In this document: in pieces, positions 11,585 to 26,305 of the stretch
How the letters are laid out: every line of letters begins with the position of its first letter
Numbering within the stretch: the stretch's first letter is position 1
DNA from: Octopus vulgaris
Lineage: Eukaryota
Direction: 5' to 3'
Length of the DNA: 64,000 nucleotides
Assembly (NCBI GenBank): GCA_951406725.2
Contig: OX597815.1
Span: 185,070,001 to 185,134,000 of the forward strand
Notes under the pieces: generated by a model
Database searches by the model: none
What the model was told of the DNA's origin: nothing
Seen by the model: only the letters and a program-made list of their open reading frames with translations
Position numbers and translations under genes: made by a program

Positions 11585-11990
11585 GGCGTAGGAGTGGCTG
11601 TGTGGTAAGTACCTTGCTTACCAAACACATGGTTTTGGGTTCAGTCCCACTGCGTGGTACCTTGGGCAATTGTCTTCTACAATAGCCTCGGGCCGACCAA
11701 AGCCTTGTGCGTGGATTTAGTAGACGGAAACTGAAAGAAGTCCGTCGTATATATGTATGTGTGTATGTGTGTGTATATATGTTTCTGTGTCTGTGTTTGT
11801 CCCCCAGCATCGCTTGACAACGTTGCTGGTGTGTTTACGTACCCGTAACTTCGCGGTTTGGCAAAAGAGACCGATAGAATAAGCACTAGGCTTATAAAGA
11901 ATAAGTCCTCATGTCGATTTGCTCGACTAAAGGCGGTGCTCCAGCATGGTCACCGTCAAATGACTGAAACAACTAAAAGAGTAAAGAGTA
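11585..11990 (+). mobile_element. SINE family B (tRNA-derived head, CORE-like segment, internal TA/TG microsatellite, GAGTAAA tail), full length
   Basis: A box TGGCTGTGTGG, B box GGTTCAGTCCC, CORE-like CCTTGGGCAA; near-identical copies at 34880, 36638 and 53912. Confidence 0.85.
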
Positions 11991-12067
11991 TATCTCTTCT
12001 ATTATCCCTAAGGTTCCCCTTTAATAATTGTGCATCAGCGTAGAGCTTCATCACCAAAACTAATATA

Positions 12068-12283
12068 GAGTAATCCTTCCACTATCGCCGATGTTACGTA
12101 CCAAACCCCTTACCCGCAATAGGTGAAAATCCGCGAAGTAGAAACAGTAGTGTATACTGTTTTCTTATTTTTATAATTTGTATATATTTATTTTATATAT
12201 TGAAAACAACACCACAGAAGAATCGACATAAGCTTAAATAATAAACCGTGATAGGTGAACCTCCATAAGGCGAGGAATTACTG
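12068..12283. mobile_element. Tc1/mariner-type (pogo/Tigger-like) MITE
   Basis: TA-[G/C]AGTAATCC ... GGAATTACTG-TA termini; internal repeated ATAGGTGAA motifs. Confidence 0.55.
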
Positions 12284-13084
12284 TATATGTAAGACAACGA
12301 ATATATAATGGTCTTCACATATTCCCTTTTCGGCCTACAGTTGTTTCTGATAAGCAAAATAAGTTTGTACATCGGTCTGTTTACTCCATCGGTCCATGGA
12401 TCGACTGAGAAATTTCACGACCTTAAAAACTAATGCTAACTTCGTCGGAGTCGGCGTTTCCAATGAAACACGATAAATGAGGGATATAGACAGAGGGCAG
12501 GGTAGCGGCGAAAAGAGGTAAGAGTAATGAGTGGAAGAAAGAGAAAGAGAGTAAGAAAGGATGAATCGGGGAAGAAGAGCAAATGGAAAGAGAAAGAAAA
12601 AGAACAAAAGGAAAGAAAAAAGTAGAGGAGGAGAGATACAGGAAGGAAGAGTAAAGACAGAAAGCGTGAGGAGAAGTAAACCAAAGCGTAATAAAGGGAC
12701 AGTAATAGAATTTTGGAGGCCTTTTCTGTAATTTGGTGGCCTTTTTCTGTAATTAGGTCAACAGTCTCCAAATATTTATGTTGTCGTCTCTGGTCCCATT
12801 ATCTAGACATTGTTTTGAAATCTGATATTGGTCACTTCTTGCAATGGTCATTTTGAACCTTTAATTTTATGGGGTTTACTTACTATCTCAATTTGGGGTT
12901 TTGTTGCTGTTCAAAGAGAAATGTAATAGAAAGTAGAATAAATTGAAGGATAAAAAAGGACAACAGCGACGATGCTAAGACGGGAGGGTGCTTAGTGATG
13001 CTGCACCGATATCAGAGCTAGTTCTAGTAAAAGAGTAAAAGTGGAGAGTATACCGAGACATACACACACACACACAAACACACA

Positions 13085-13115
<31 letters not shown>

Positions 13116-13132
13116 GCTTTTATATATAATAT

Positions 13133-13204
<72 letters not shown>

Positions 13205-13568
13205 TTGTATATATAATATATACACACACACAACGTGTGTGTCTGTGTGTACTTCAAAATCTCATTACTTGTAAAAGACAGAGATCTTTATGTTTGTCTT
13301 TCAGAAACTACATCAAGCTTTACTTAATGTCAGTCGATACTAGTCTGGCGAAGCCATAAATAGTGTATTAACGTCCACCGAAATGGAACGAATAAAACAA
13401 CTTTTTTTTTCAAACTAAATTTCCAACCACATCTTGAAAAAGAAATTAACTCTAACATTACTTCCAAGCTGCTAAGCTGAACGAGTTCCGTTTTCATAGT
13501 TGTAACGTTCGTCATCCTCTGTCCTGGACTCAAATTTTTATCACCATCACTAAACACACACACACGCA

Positions 13569-13572
13569 CATC

Positions 13573-13604
<32 letters not shown>

Positions 13605-13609
13605 CATCA
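13569..13609. repeat. (CAT)n microsatellite
   Basis: Directly visible. Confidence 0.9.
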
Positions 13610-14054
13610 CAAATATTCTCGCCAGTCGCTTTGTGATTTATAGATAATGACAATTCTTGTCATCTTCCTCTCTTTATTCTTTGCGATATTATATATTGAG
13701 GCATGTTATTAGAATACTATATTTAGCCTATCCAATAAAAGTGTCGTAAAAGCTGACAATTCTTGAACGATTGTCTCAAATATGAGCTATCAAAAACGAA
13801 ATTTAATATTAGCTTGTACTCTGAGAGCATAATAATGAGAAATATATAATACGTAACAATTACGTCCTCTCTTCTGACAACATTTCACCATTCTGTTTTG
13901 AAATTCAATATTTTCAATGACTACACACGCAAAGAAAAACAAAACATCCAGCTAATAGCAGATTCAGTTATAATTATTAGTTAACTGTTAATTACAACGT
14001 GTAATTAGAAATGTCACTCCCACTACACTTGAGATGACAGCTAAAAGATTTTTG

Positions 14055-14109
<55 letters not shown>

Positions 14110-15098
14110 TTATTATTATTATTATTTTTGTTATAATTCCGGCAACCAGCATCTAAAAAACATAACTTTCCTTTGTATCCAATTTATCGCCTAACGAACA
14201 TTTTTGTACAAAATTTTGTTTTCTTCCTCGGTACACGTAGCAATGCTACGTATATGTAATGTTGCTGTCATTATTATAGTCGTTGCTTAAACAAAAGTCA
14301 CACCTACTCAAACTAAATGATTCCAGCTCTGGAAATCCATTTTTTTTTCACTTTTCATATATATATATATGGTTTTATTTTTCAAATATCTTGGGAAATA
14401 ATATGGTAGATTCAAGAAAGATTCGGTTATAATTTTCAGCAAATCAATCTCACCAGTGATTCCTTTAATACATGATTAATTTATACAGCTCTAAATGTGT
14501 AGGGTATTTCCCACCTAGAGCCGGAAACTTAAATGAAGCTGGTACAAGCCGTCAGTTTGGACGTCAGAAAGTTTGTGAAATTCGGGAAAATGCTTAACCT
14601 TAACTCTTAGTAAAATGTCTCATTTCGGAACGGTTATTCGCAAAAGGCAGTCGTTCTAGGCTCAATATAGTGGCTCGAAGTTCTCGAAATTGTAGCTAAA
14701 TATCTTTAAACTCATTATCCAACGGCGTAAATTACGAAAAGACTCATAAATTCTGTAACCCTGAATAAAGTGAGATTACTATGGTTTTGAGAGGCCATGT
14801 TTATCCAACATTGTCATGGTCTCAATAATTTTGAACACGGTTGTGTGGTGCCATCTCAGCCGACGTATTGTTAAATATCAGCAATACTAAAAAGAGCTAA
14901 AAAGAGTTTGAACTACAAAACTGGACGAGTCTAGTAATGTGGATCATTGTAATTTGGAAATCGACTTGCTTCTACTAATACGATATTTTTCTCCTGTTAC
15001 AACGTAAAGACTCTGTGTGTGTGTGTGTGCATATGTATATGTATATATATATGTGTATATATATATATATATGTGTGTGTGGGGGTGTATGTGTGTGT

Positions 15099-15402
15099 GT
15101 CTGTTTGTTCCTTCTCGAGCCATGCCTGGCACATAAGGGCAGGTTTCCCGGTTTCCTTGGCGTATAGGTTTCCCACCTGGACGAGACGCCGGTCCGTCGC
15201 AGCTGAGCTGCAAGATGCAGTAGGAAAGAGTGAGAGAAAGTTGTGGCGAAAGAGTCAGCAGAAGTTCGCCATTACCTTCTGCCGGAGCCGCGTGGATCTT
15301 CGGTGTTTCGCTCATAAACACACACATCGCCCGGTCTGAGATTCGAACCACCGATCTCTCGACCACGAGTCCGCTGCTCTAACCACTAGGCCATGTGCCT
15401 CC
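15099..15402 (-). mobile_element. SINE family C (tRNA head GGAGGC.CA.TGGCC.AGTGGTTAG), tail type 1
   Basis: Head and core shared with 45009, 48912 and 51136; unique tail CTGCGACGGACCGGCGTCTCGTCCAGG...GGAAACCGGGAAAC. Confidence 0.8.
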
Positions 15403-15403
15403 A

Positions 15404-15440
<37 letters not shown>

Positions 15441-15641
15441 CGTCGAGCCATGATCTAGGTAAGAGTTAGGGGGATAGCATTTTGGTAATACCCGATTCTG
15501 AAAGAGACGTTTGACTATCAACTAAGAGTAAAACCATTTTCCCAATTTTGTTGCCTTCTTCATGTCTAAAACGATGACTTGTACCAACTGCAGTAGAGTG
15601 ATATACATATATACACACATACATGCATACATACGTGTGCG

Positions 15642-15737
<96 letters not shown>

Positions 15738-16031
15738 TGTATATGTATATATATGTGTGTGTGTGTATATATATATAATTTCCTGCTCCTTTTGTGGTCA
15801 ATATTAATTTTTTTTAAGAATGTCTTCCTCTCATTATTCAATTTTCATATTATAATGCTTATATTATAAAATGTAATTCTTTTTGACAAATGTTACACAC
15901 ACACTCACCCATACGCACACACTCACACACGCACAGACACTCACACTAGCACACACATAGCATTTTTGTCTTAATAACTGGTGAGATGCCGGAGCAAGCT
16001 TCATCCCCGACATCCGCAACACTGAGATATA

Positions 16032-16062
16032 TATGTAGAAAGTTGAAAAGGAACACAGGAGT

Positions 16063-16106
<44 letters not shown>

Positions 16107-16135
16107 GAAAGTTGAAAAAAGAACACACGAGTTAC

Positions 16136-16140
<5 letters not shown>
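16032..16140. repeat. Two ~35-bp direct repeats (GTAGAAAGTTGAAAAGGAACAC...GAGTTACA) separated by (TA)n; related copy at 40513-40570
   Basis: Direct comparison of the three copies. Confidence 0.7.
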
Positions 16141-16207
<67 letters not shown>

Positions 16208-16519
16208 ATATAATATAATATAATATAATACAATATAATATAATATAATATATTTGGTACGCCTTTTTCAAACAGTTATTCCAAAGAATTCTTTTTTGTG
16301 CGGAGGTAAGATATCGAGTAATGTATTGTATAAAATCTAATTCTGGAACGTGACCTTCTTCTTTAATAACAGGAAGCCATTAGAATAAGTAGATTATTAA
16401 CAATATACTTCTTACCGATGCAATGTGGTTTCAATTTCCTGTGGACACCATTTTATAACACAACTACTGCTAATGCTCTTTTCATTATTCTTTTATGCTT
16501 AGTGAGAATAACACCGTAT

Positions 16520-18120
16520 TTATAGACCGTTGGGAAATCGCATCTCTCGAGAGAATTGGTAGAAGTTTACGCTGAAAAACAAATACCATGACACCGCATT
16601 ACAATATCCCGTATATAAGCATATAATATGTCCTCCATTTACTGTTCAGTGGAGCAGCTCGTATGAAGAATAATTTAGTGGCAAAACCTAAATAAAACGG
16701 GAAATGGCATTGAAGAGGCACAGGTGCCCTATTATGGAATTAATGATATTTGGATAAATGCTATGAAATATCAAAAATCAATATGAACGTAACTGATACT
16801 TTCTCCACAATCATATTTAAATAACTTGTTCATGGATTCTAGAGTGCTGAAAGATATATGTATTCAAAGAACCGATTTTGTTTTGCCAAACAATAAGATC
16901 ATTTTCTCACCGTAATCACTCAGCTAAAAGCTAAGGGTTACTAATTAACAACATGTCAGTGAGTAATTATAAATATTATGCTGCACACCTTTAAAATTTG
17001 AACACAGTTCACGGATTCTCATTGCTGCTCTAGTAGTTGATGGGTGTTCATAACACGCTGTTCATTTAGGTGATGGAGCTTTATGACAACAAGGTGACTC
17101 GACCTCATTGTATGACATTTCAGTCAAAGCTACCACGCATCAATGTATCTAAACGAGATAAGTAACTTTTGTTTATAGACGTTTCAAAACAAATTCGCTG
17201 TCGCAATGTGCTCATGTCCGCCGAACAGATAATTCAATGGATGCACACGGAATCGCGAGAATCTAAACAAATATTGCATCTATCCACACTTAACATAAAT
17301 TCTGGTAGCTTGGAAAGCGAATATGCTTTTTGTTGTCTTTTGCCATCGGAGAACATTTCATCAGTTTAGACGATGAGAATTCATAACAAGCGATTCATTG
17401 AAGTAAGAGAACTATAAGACCCCCACGGTATTTCGACCTCATTGCCTATTTCTTCAATCAAAGCTCGGATCAATGAGGGGGTTTCCTGTACGTATAAATC
17501 AATGAGCAAATCATTTGTTGATGCATGCTTTGATGGTCGGTGGTTCCAAAGATGAAGAATGCGATTAAACACGACCTAAATAATATATAAAACAATTAGT
17601 GAAAACATGGTACAAGTTACCAAGCCATACCCGTTTGGTAAAGCGTTAAATACAGTAATCCTATTTAGCAGTCATTTTATAACTATTTTTGCAAATACGA
17701 TGACACCTCTGTTTCACAGCCAGAGTTTGCATCCACAGAAACATACCGAAAAATACCCCCCGTAGTTGCCTAAAACATTAGAATATGAAATGCACATCGA
17801 GTGATACCAGATCGAGTCCACTCATCGATGGGTACGCGTGCCTTCTCTCTGGGATACCATTACATTTCTGAGTTGTTTTACGCTTTAGCTTGCAACCATG
17901 CATCAAACAGTACCATGTTCCAGGTGTAGCTATGGCAAGGATCGGCAGAAGTCTTGGTAGTAAAGAGGATATATTTCAGTAGAGAGGCCATAATTCCCTC
18001 GGGCATTTTTTCATCCGTGTAAGGAAGGCGAACAGTTGACAGTAACTTAAAGAACAATGCAACAAGAAAAAAGTGTCATCTACAAACTACTGGCAATTCT
18101 GCATGATAAACATGCGCATA
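16520..18120 (+). mobile_element. Highly decayed large DNA-transposon coding fossil, possibly AcademX (XPG-like nuclease plus Cys-rich finger)
   Basis: Ordered scattered peptides across many frameshifts: ERIG, PHYN, FTVQWS..FSG, WINAM, SRVLKD, FDG..SKDEE, AFS.GYH, FQV*LW, and a Cys/Lys-rich end. Family assignment is inference. Confidence 0.33.
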
Positions 18121-18429
18121 GATGTCTCATACTCTTTCTGGGACTAATAGCAAGTATTGATGTGGTTCACTCCTGCATAGCAACCTGTCTAATGGAAGGC
18201 CACTTCCAACAAAAACAATAGCTGCCTTTTGAAAGCATTGCAAAGTAAAAAAATTGTAGAAAATATTAACGAATCCAGCCTCCTTTGATTAACTGTCTAT
18301 GCGTTTCGGGGTTAAAGAGATGTAAAAAGATGTAAAATCATATTTCTACTCACTTATTCCCTTCATAAGTACAGTATTTCGAATTTTAAATTTGAGAGCA
18401 CTGATAATTAACACACGTATTCGACCAAG

Positions 18430-18712
18430 TGCCATCGAATGAGCATATATTCAAAAACCAGTACTTCCGAATTCAAACAGACTAATGAGCTCTCGCATTC
18501 TTCCTCAATCACTGAAACGCGTATACAGTTAATCAAAGTCGGGTGGATTCATTGTTTTTTTTCTCTTTACCTGCGTAAGTTGTTGATTATTGCTGTTTGG
18601 GAGATATCTTATGGTAGAAGAATAATATTTTAACAGCTATTTCTAAATTTCGGTATGTGGTGAAGCAAATTTTGCTGAACCCTAATTATAATTATGAGCA
18701 TAATTATAGAAT
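18430..18712 (+). mobile_element. Non-autonomous repeat with a decayed hammerhead motif (CUAAUGA...GAAA-CGCG-UA)
   Basis: Homologous to the reverse complement of 3497-3770; ends in (TA)n. Confidence 0.45.
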
Positions 18713-21490
18713 TTATATATATATATATATATACCGCTTTAAATCTGGAATGAAACAGTAGGTCGGTTTGGGCTTTGGAGGTGCATTGGAAGACGATTTG
18801 ACCGTCCTCTTTCTTAAGCGTAACTTACTTTCAATATACGTTAAGTAAGCTCCAGTAATTGTTGAGGCCTCAAATTATGCACATTATGCACACCCACGTT
18901 ACCCCAATCGGATTAAATTGAAGGCTTAACTTGGTTCGATTATTACACTTTCAAGAATTTGTCTATGGAACGAAATGTCTAACGTAAGTGTGTGTGTGTG
19001 TATTACGCTTCAGATCTTCAACAAGCTTAATATTAGAACAAAGTCGATGACAATAGAATTCTTTAGCAGAATGAAACAAGTTCAACTGTTATGAATCCAA
19101 GAATCTGAGTTCGGAGCAAAATCGAAAATACAGTCAGATATATGAGACGAAATCGAACACAAGACCAAGATCCTTAACCATAGGAATAATGTTATTAAGA
19201 TTGGCAAGTATATTCAAAGCACCAAAATATAAATAAGAACGTTGGGTTCCCGTGGTTTCGACTCATTTTAATATAATTGTTAGGAACATTGTTAAGAATA
19301 ATTAGATGATGAGTTCAGCTTTCCAAGAAATGTTCACCTTCCGCACTACTGAACACGTGTATTTTATACTCAAATGAACATACAAAAGATGCCTCCGTGT
19401 GAAAATCAATAATTCCAGCATTAAAATATTTTGATTTAGAACATTCTCTTTCTTTGTTGGAACAATTGACAGTAATACGCATCGCAATGAATTTTGGTAT
19501 AGCAGCCTGGAATAATGTACTGTACTGAAATTTTGCTTGGTTCCAATTATTTTGTTACTTACTTCAAATGTTGCTTTCATTGCATTTTAAAATATCAAGA
19601 TTTGTATATTAATTCCCTTTTGTATAAAATAGTTCTTTTGTGTTTCATTTGTAAAGATTACAAAGAATAAAAATAATTCTAATGCATTATATAATGTTTA
19701 TCTTTGAGAGCCAAATCTTAAATATATACATTGCTTTAGTCATTCTATAGCTTACCATTCGAAATCAAAAGAATATTTTTTAAATTTCATATTTGAAAGA
19801 AAATACGGTCAATACACATAGATTTTCTGTTGAATATATATTTTCTTCAAATAGTGGTATATAATATTAAAAGAACAGTGTCTGGTAGTCATTACATTTC
19901 TTTCTTCAGTATCATGAATTTAATATTTTAGATTTTGATTCAATGTTTTGTATGAAATAATGTTAGTTTAGCATATATTCTAAATTTCATTTCAATAAGC
20001 GCTTCACACACGTATCTTCAATTTACATATTGTAATAGATCATTTAAATAAATTACAAACATAAATATATTGTGTTGGCCTATGATATAATTTTAAATCT
20101 GCTTTTAGATAGGACTTTCTTTATGACATAAATTGAAACTAGTTATGGAAAAAATCGTTCTGGAAGAACGGACTGTTATATTGGACGAGGTGACCATCAT
20201 GTCAGTTGTGCATTCATGTCAAGAGACAGAAATGTAGGAGCGAAATATCGAATGTGAATGGGGTTTTGTGTAAGATATTGTACCCATGAACCTGAGCAAG
20301 CTTTGAGAGAACGGTGAATTCAGTGCAGCTGATGCTTCGTTTAAACAACTACAAGTCAATGCTTGTAAGGAAGGGAAGGAAACTGCAGGGAACTATCGTT
20401 TTGGGGAAAGAATGATAAGTAATTACATAGCAAAATGCGTTGACCTGAGTCAGAACCTGCCATATTAGTGGCAAGAGTGGCAAAGAAGAGAAACATCCTG
20501 TCCGTTTTCCAGGAAGAGATGTCTTGGTGAGTGACTCCATACGAATTTATTAGCTGTAATGTTGGCTATCAGCATGTTTGACATCATTATTGCCATATTC
20601 CGCTGTGGGCTTTATTTCCAGGAGCTGAGCAGCTGTTGGAAACTGAAATATTATCTTGTTCTAAAGGATGCTAGTCTTTTGAAATTGTGATCAAGAATAG
20701 TGTAGTACAATATTAGTTATATTTCTGAATCTCTTAACAGGTAAGTTAGCAATTAAAAAAGACATTTACAGTATTTAAATAATCATATTTAAAAGGCAAT
20801 GTATGAATCATAATAATTTGTGCAACGAAAGTTTGAAAAGCGAAATATTCAGATAGCGTTTTCAGAGCAGGATTGAGAAAAAGAAGGAAGGGTGAGTATC
20901 CTCCATATTTCTGTTTTCCTTTAGTGACAAAGAATAAGGAGTACAGATATAATACTTTAGGAGATCAATGCTCTGAAATGACAGTAGTCTCACTTTTACA
21001 TTAGAAGAATAATTTTATTTATGAAAGGAAATTTATAAAATAAGAAAGATCTCATATAATATTTATTTTCAAGCTAGACATAAATGTTCAATTGACATCA
21101 AAACCACATACCATTTACGTTTCCTTAATCTTCATCAATTAATTGGTGTCTACAGTCATTTGAGATTTTAATGGTAAAATAAAGGGATGAGACTACCTAC
21201 AGCGAAGTCAGTCAGATGAAACCACTTTAAGAATTATATCTTTCAAAACATCGAGTAATTTTCAGTGTGACCTACATTTCAGCAGCTGAAGAAAATTAGA
21301 TTTTCTTGAAGCATTTTTACGAAATATAATCCAATTAAATATGAAGCAGGTACTTTCTAACTCTGAGAAGTATTTTTCAAATCTGCTGAGCTAAAATTGA
21401 ATATTTGATGACCTAATATAGTTTAACTTTGATGTATTCTGAAAATCTGCGACGCAGGTGTTTAGATGTAATATATAAAATGTCAGTGAA

Positions 21491-21690
21491 GGCGCCAGCT
21501 AACTGGATCGTTAGCACACTGGAAAACATTCTTAGCGGAATTTCACCTGTCTTTAGGGTATCGATTTAAATTCTACCGAACCCAACTTTGTCTTTATCCT
21601 TTCGGGGTCAATAAAATTAGTACCAGATTATCACTGGAGTCGATATAATCGATTTACCCCTCCCCCCAAATTACTGGCTTTGCGCTAAAG
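21491..21690 (+). mobile_element. SINE family A, old degenerate copy
   Basis: GGCGCCAGCT...GTTAGCAC...CCTTTCGGGGTCAATAAAATTAGTACCAG...GTCGATATAATCGA. Confidence 0.65.
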
Positions 21691-22249
21691 GTTATACGTA
21701 TATGTTATGTATGTGATTTATAAATATTACGTGGTGGTAATATTTTTAAAACAAAATAGATCAATATTTAATTTCATATATATTTTTTGTATATATGAAG
21801 CTGATAATATATATAATTTACGATGAAAATTTATTTTCAGTATGATTAAAATATCGACGACGTGAGAGCAAAACATCTTATTACAGTTTGCTTGCATTTA
21901 ACATCTCTGACGACCACTAATCCCACTCCGTGTGTTGTTTTAATTTCCCTGGACCAGCGTGACCTATGTGCAACATTGCATTTTATTATATGAAAGATAA
22001 GGTTAGGTAAGTATTAAGACAGCACTTTCGAATAAAATTGACAGAACAACTAAACGGAGACGCTGTTATGGCAAGAAAGTAGAAACTCGGGTTGATAATC
22101 TAGAAAACTTGAAATTGTTTCATTAAGCACTCTCAGACGAGTACAGACAAGAAATACAATGATTCCATCTCGAAATATTTAGAAAGTAAATCTTATAAGG
22201 TGGAACAAATTCAACAGCTTCAAACGCCAAGATATTATTCACACACACA

Positions 22250-22261
22250 AATATATATATA

Positions 22262-22356
<95 letters not shown>

Positions 22357-22563
22357 GTATATATATATATATATATATATTTATATGTATATATATATAT
22401 ATATATATGTATGCATATGTATATATATGTATGCATATGTATATATATGTATGCATATGTATATATGTGTATGTATATGTATGCATATGTATGTATATAT
22501 ATGTATGTATATGTATATATATGTATGTATATGTATATATATGTATGTATATATATATATATG

Positions 22564-22595
<32 letters not shown>

Positions 22596-22766
22596 TATAT
22601 GTATGTATATATATATATGTATGTATATATATATATATGTATGTATGTATATATATATATATATATATGTACATATATATATATGTATATATATACATAT
22701 ATATACGTACATATATATATGTATATATATACATATATATACATTAATATATATGTATATATATAC

Positions 22767-22798
<32 letters not shown>

Positions 22799-22883
22799 GT
22801 ATATATATATATTTATGTATATATATATATATGTATATATATATACGTATATATATATATTTATGTATATATATATATATATG

Positions 22884-22930
<47 letters not shown>

Positions 22931-23176
22931 GTATATATATGTATGTATGTATATATATATATATGTATGTATATATATATATATATATATGTACGTATAT
23001 ATATGTATATATATATATGTATATATATATATGTGCATATATATATGTATATATATATATATGTACATATATATATGTATATATATATATATGTACATAT
23101 ATATATGTATATATATACATATATATACATTAATATATATGTATATATATATACATATATATGTGTATATATATAC

Positions 23177-23215
<39 letters not shown>
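22250..23215. repeat. ~960-bp compound (TA)n/(TATG)n microsatellite
   Basis: Directly visible; explains the Y/I-rich pseudo-ORFs. Confidence 0.97.
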
Positions 23216-23218
<3 letters not shown>

Positions 23219-24044
23219 CACGTAAAGTATTACATTGATAAAGTTACTGGAAGACTAATGCGAATCAAGTGAGTGCCGAAAGAGAAATGATTCTGCCAGC
23301 CTGATCTTAAAGCTGTTAAATATATGCGCCTTGTTTAGCAACACATAAAAGATGACAGTGATGTAGAATTTATTCATGTAGCAGAGTATCTTAGCAACGC
23401 AAAGAACGCAAAGCTGATTTAAAGTTTTTTTATTGAATTTCTCGTTTGTTGTTCTTTCAGTTTTTTGGAGAATAATGATGAAAGGAAGAAACTTTAATAT
23501 AAAAGGCTGGAGAAAATAAAATCGTTGCCTTTTCTGGGAATATTAGTATTAAAAATTTAAAATCATCGCTTCTGCTTTTTAAAAAATGCCTTTCTTTTCT
23601 GAATGCGTCAGAAGCAATTTTTCTGTGTAATATATATTATTTCAAAATCAAAATGTGCCTGCGTCTCATTAAATACGTTTTTTTTTTTTCATCTCTCGTT
23701 TAAATATTTAATTAACATTGAACCCCGATACATATACTTTTTCTGTATGGAATTCTATATAACAAAACATTTAGTCCGTTATCTTTGTGATGCAGCAGTG
23801 TCTGTGGGGTAAGAAATTTGTAAAATATGCTACGGCAATCACTTTTCTTAAAAATTGTAGCTCGTTCTTCCCGCCAAGATCCTCTTCATTGTTACACTTT
23901 CCAGCTTACCAGATTCTCATCAGATACTAGGTAACATTTTTTAAAGAACTGACCAAATTTCTTCGTGGGATATCAAATGTGAGCTATTCTTTAATCATAT
24001 ACAGTGCATAGAGGATGGATCTTAACAAAGTAAAATAAAGTTAT

Positions 24045-24295
24045 CGTGGCTATGGGATAAGATGCTTGCTTCCCACATGGTTCCGAGTTCAGTCCTACTG
24101 CCTGGACCCAATACTATTTGACAACATGTGGTGGTGTGTTTACGTGGACGTAAGTTAGCAGTTCGGCAAGAGAGAGCGATAGAATAAGTACCAGGCTTTA
24201 AAGAGGGGAGTACTAGGGTCTATTTCTTTGACTAAAAATTCTTCAACTTGGTACCCCAGTATGGCCGCAGTCTAATGACTGAAACAAGTGAAAAA
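24045..24295 (+). mobile_element. SINE family B-related copy with internal deletion
   Basis: CACATGGTTCCGAGTTCAGTCC head and GATAGAATAAGTACCAGGCTT...ATGACTGAAACAAG tail. Confidence 0.65.
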
Positions 24296-24425
24296 TATAA
24301 TAAATAATTGCTGTCATCGCGGCTTACAAATGACTTAGCCATCGTTTATAGTAAAAAAAAAAACTATGTAAAATTTAAGAAATTCCATTGATCTCTCATG
24401 GTTCATCATTAATATGATAAGAATC

Positions 24426-24848
24426 GGTGGCGAGCTGGCAGAAACGTTAGCACGCTGGGCGAAATGCGTAGCCGTATTTCGTCTGCCGCTACGTTCTGAG
24501 TTCAAATTCCACCGAGGTCGACTTTGCCTTTCATCAATTCGGGGTCGATTAAATAAGTACCAGTTACGCACTGGGGTTGATATAATCGACTTAATCCCTT
24601 TCTCTGTCCTTGTTTGTTCCCTCTATGTTTAGCCCCTTGTGGGTTGTAAAGAAATAGGTATTTCGTCTGTCGATACGTTCTGAGTTCAAATTCCGCCGAG
24701 GTTCACTTTGCCTTTCATCCTTTCGGGGTCGATTAAATAAGCACCAGTTACGCACTGGGGTCGATATAATCGACTTAATCCGTTTGTCTGTCCTTGTTTG
24801 TCCTCTCTGTGTTTAGCCCCTTGTGGGTAGTAAAGAAATAGAAATAAA
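24426..24848 (+). mobile_element. SINE family A, dimeric copy (184-bp unit)
   Basis: Second unit restarts at GGTATTTCG 24657, 184 bp after 24473. Confidence 0.88.
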
Positions 24849-24859
24849 TATTGTGGAAG

Positions 24860-25270
24860 AGTTGCAAGTGGGTTTTGGGGGTGTAGTCAGGTTAACAGAG
24901 GAAGAGCCTATATTTTTGAAGGAATGGAAAGGAAAACTTAGAACGAGAGTTACTGGAAGTATTTGTTATTGGCATCCTGGTGAGAGAGATGAGTGGCACG
25001 GATACTAGCATTGCTGCCACTTAGTGAAATATGAGTAAATACTGTAGTCTCCGCAGCAGTGACAGATCAACATTAAAGGCTGAAAGATTTGTATCTTAGA
25101 GAAGAATACGATGTGTGATTTGCATGTTAGTACGGGATGGTGTATGTAGTGTAGTTCACGGAGTTCATATGGGTTAGTCAGCTTCCTCTTTCTGGATGTC
25201 GTCTAGGATGTCTCCATATGAAGTAGGTGCGTCTCAAAAATTCATGTGAAACCCAATCGAGTCCCATAAA
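24860..25270 (-). mobile_element. Possible decayed CR1-type LINE RT C-terminal fragment
   Basis: Weak peptides such as LDDIQK and VFYSYF-like; heavily degraded. Confidence 0.25.
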
Positions 25271-26262
25271 GTTTCTGACGTGTAGAAAGCTGAATATGTT
25301 TTTGCTTCCAAAGGAAAATTCATTGCTATTTCCAGGAGGTTGTTATATATCGTAAAAGCTCCTTCATTCGCCTCCTATTATTTATAGATGATTTTTATGA
25401 GTCTGATAAATGATGGCTTCTATTCAATATGAGATGTTGATCGGAATTTTCGCACACATGCTTCTAATCTTTTGTCACCCTCCTTTCTCCGCGCTCCTTC
25501 TCCACTTTCTCTCACTGCAACTTTTGGCTCTCACATGGTTCTTTCATCTCATATTTTTCAAGCCTCGCCTACACACGTTGTCTTATAGACCATGCTTGTA
25601 GTTCTTAGAATATGATAAATTACTACGGCTCTTTGTATTCTAACAAATCAATACTCAACACATATTGGGTTTTTTCCAAAAAAGTTCATTCAATTTACGA
25701 TGATATTTCAATGGAGATTGTGCGTGGCAATTATTTCAATTATTTTATTAAAGAGGAGTAATCTTTCTTACTCATCTTTAATAGTTTTTAGCATATATTG
25801 TATAGCATAAGCAATTTTTCACGAGGCCTGTTTGATATTAAACAGAATATCAAGCAATTCCAATTTTAAAATATTTTATGATTAATTAAATTTTAAAATA
25901 TTGTCGGTTTGTTATCTAAGACCTGTCATTGTTAATGAATAACATGTAAAATTCTGTTACCAAGTTCATTATTGCGTTATTAAAAAACTTCTATCAGGTT
26001 TACGAAAATTGCAATCTATATAGTATGGAGCATATTTGCATGAAAAACAAAAGTTAGCAGAAGAAAGTCTAGAATATTGAGACTGCATTGATATTGTAAA
26101 TAAAAAGAGCAGCATTATATAAATTGGAAAATGATTTATTGATCGAGAGACACACAAACACATTGAGTGTCAAACGCTAACATAATCACAAAGATACACG
26201 AGTTCATACACACACATACATAAATATATGTAGAAACCTACACACACACACAGATTTACACA

Positions 26263-26305
<43 letters not shown>

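Noticed and set aside
20150-20700. Possible Gypsy integrase remnant (VRTCHI) or host exon
   Set aside because: A single short motif with stops in all frames; not supportable.
22200-23272. Long Y/I/C/M-rich ORFs (up to 338 aa)
   Set aside because: They are translations of (TA)n/(TATG)n microsatellite, which lacks stop codons. The same applies to similar ORFs throughout the window.
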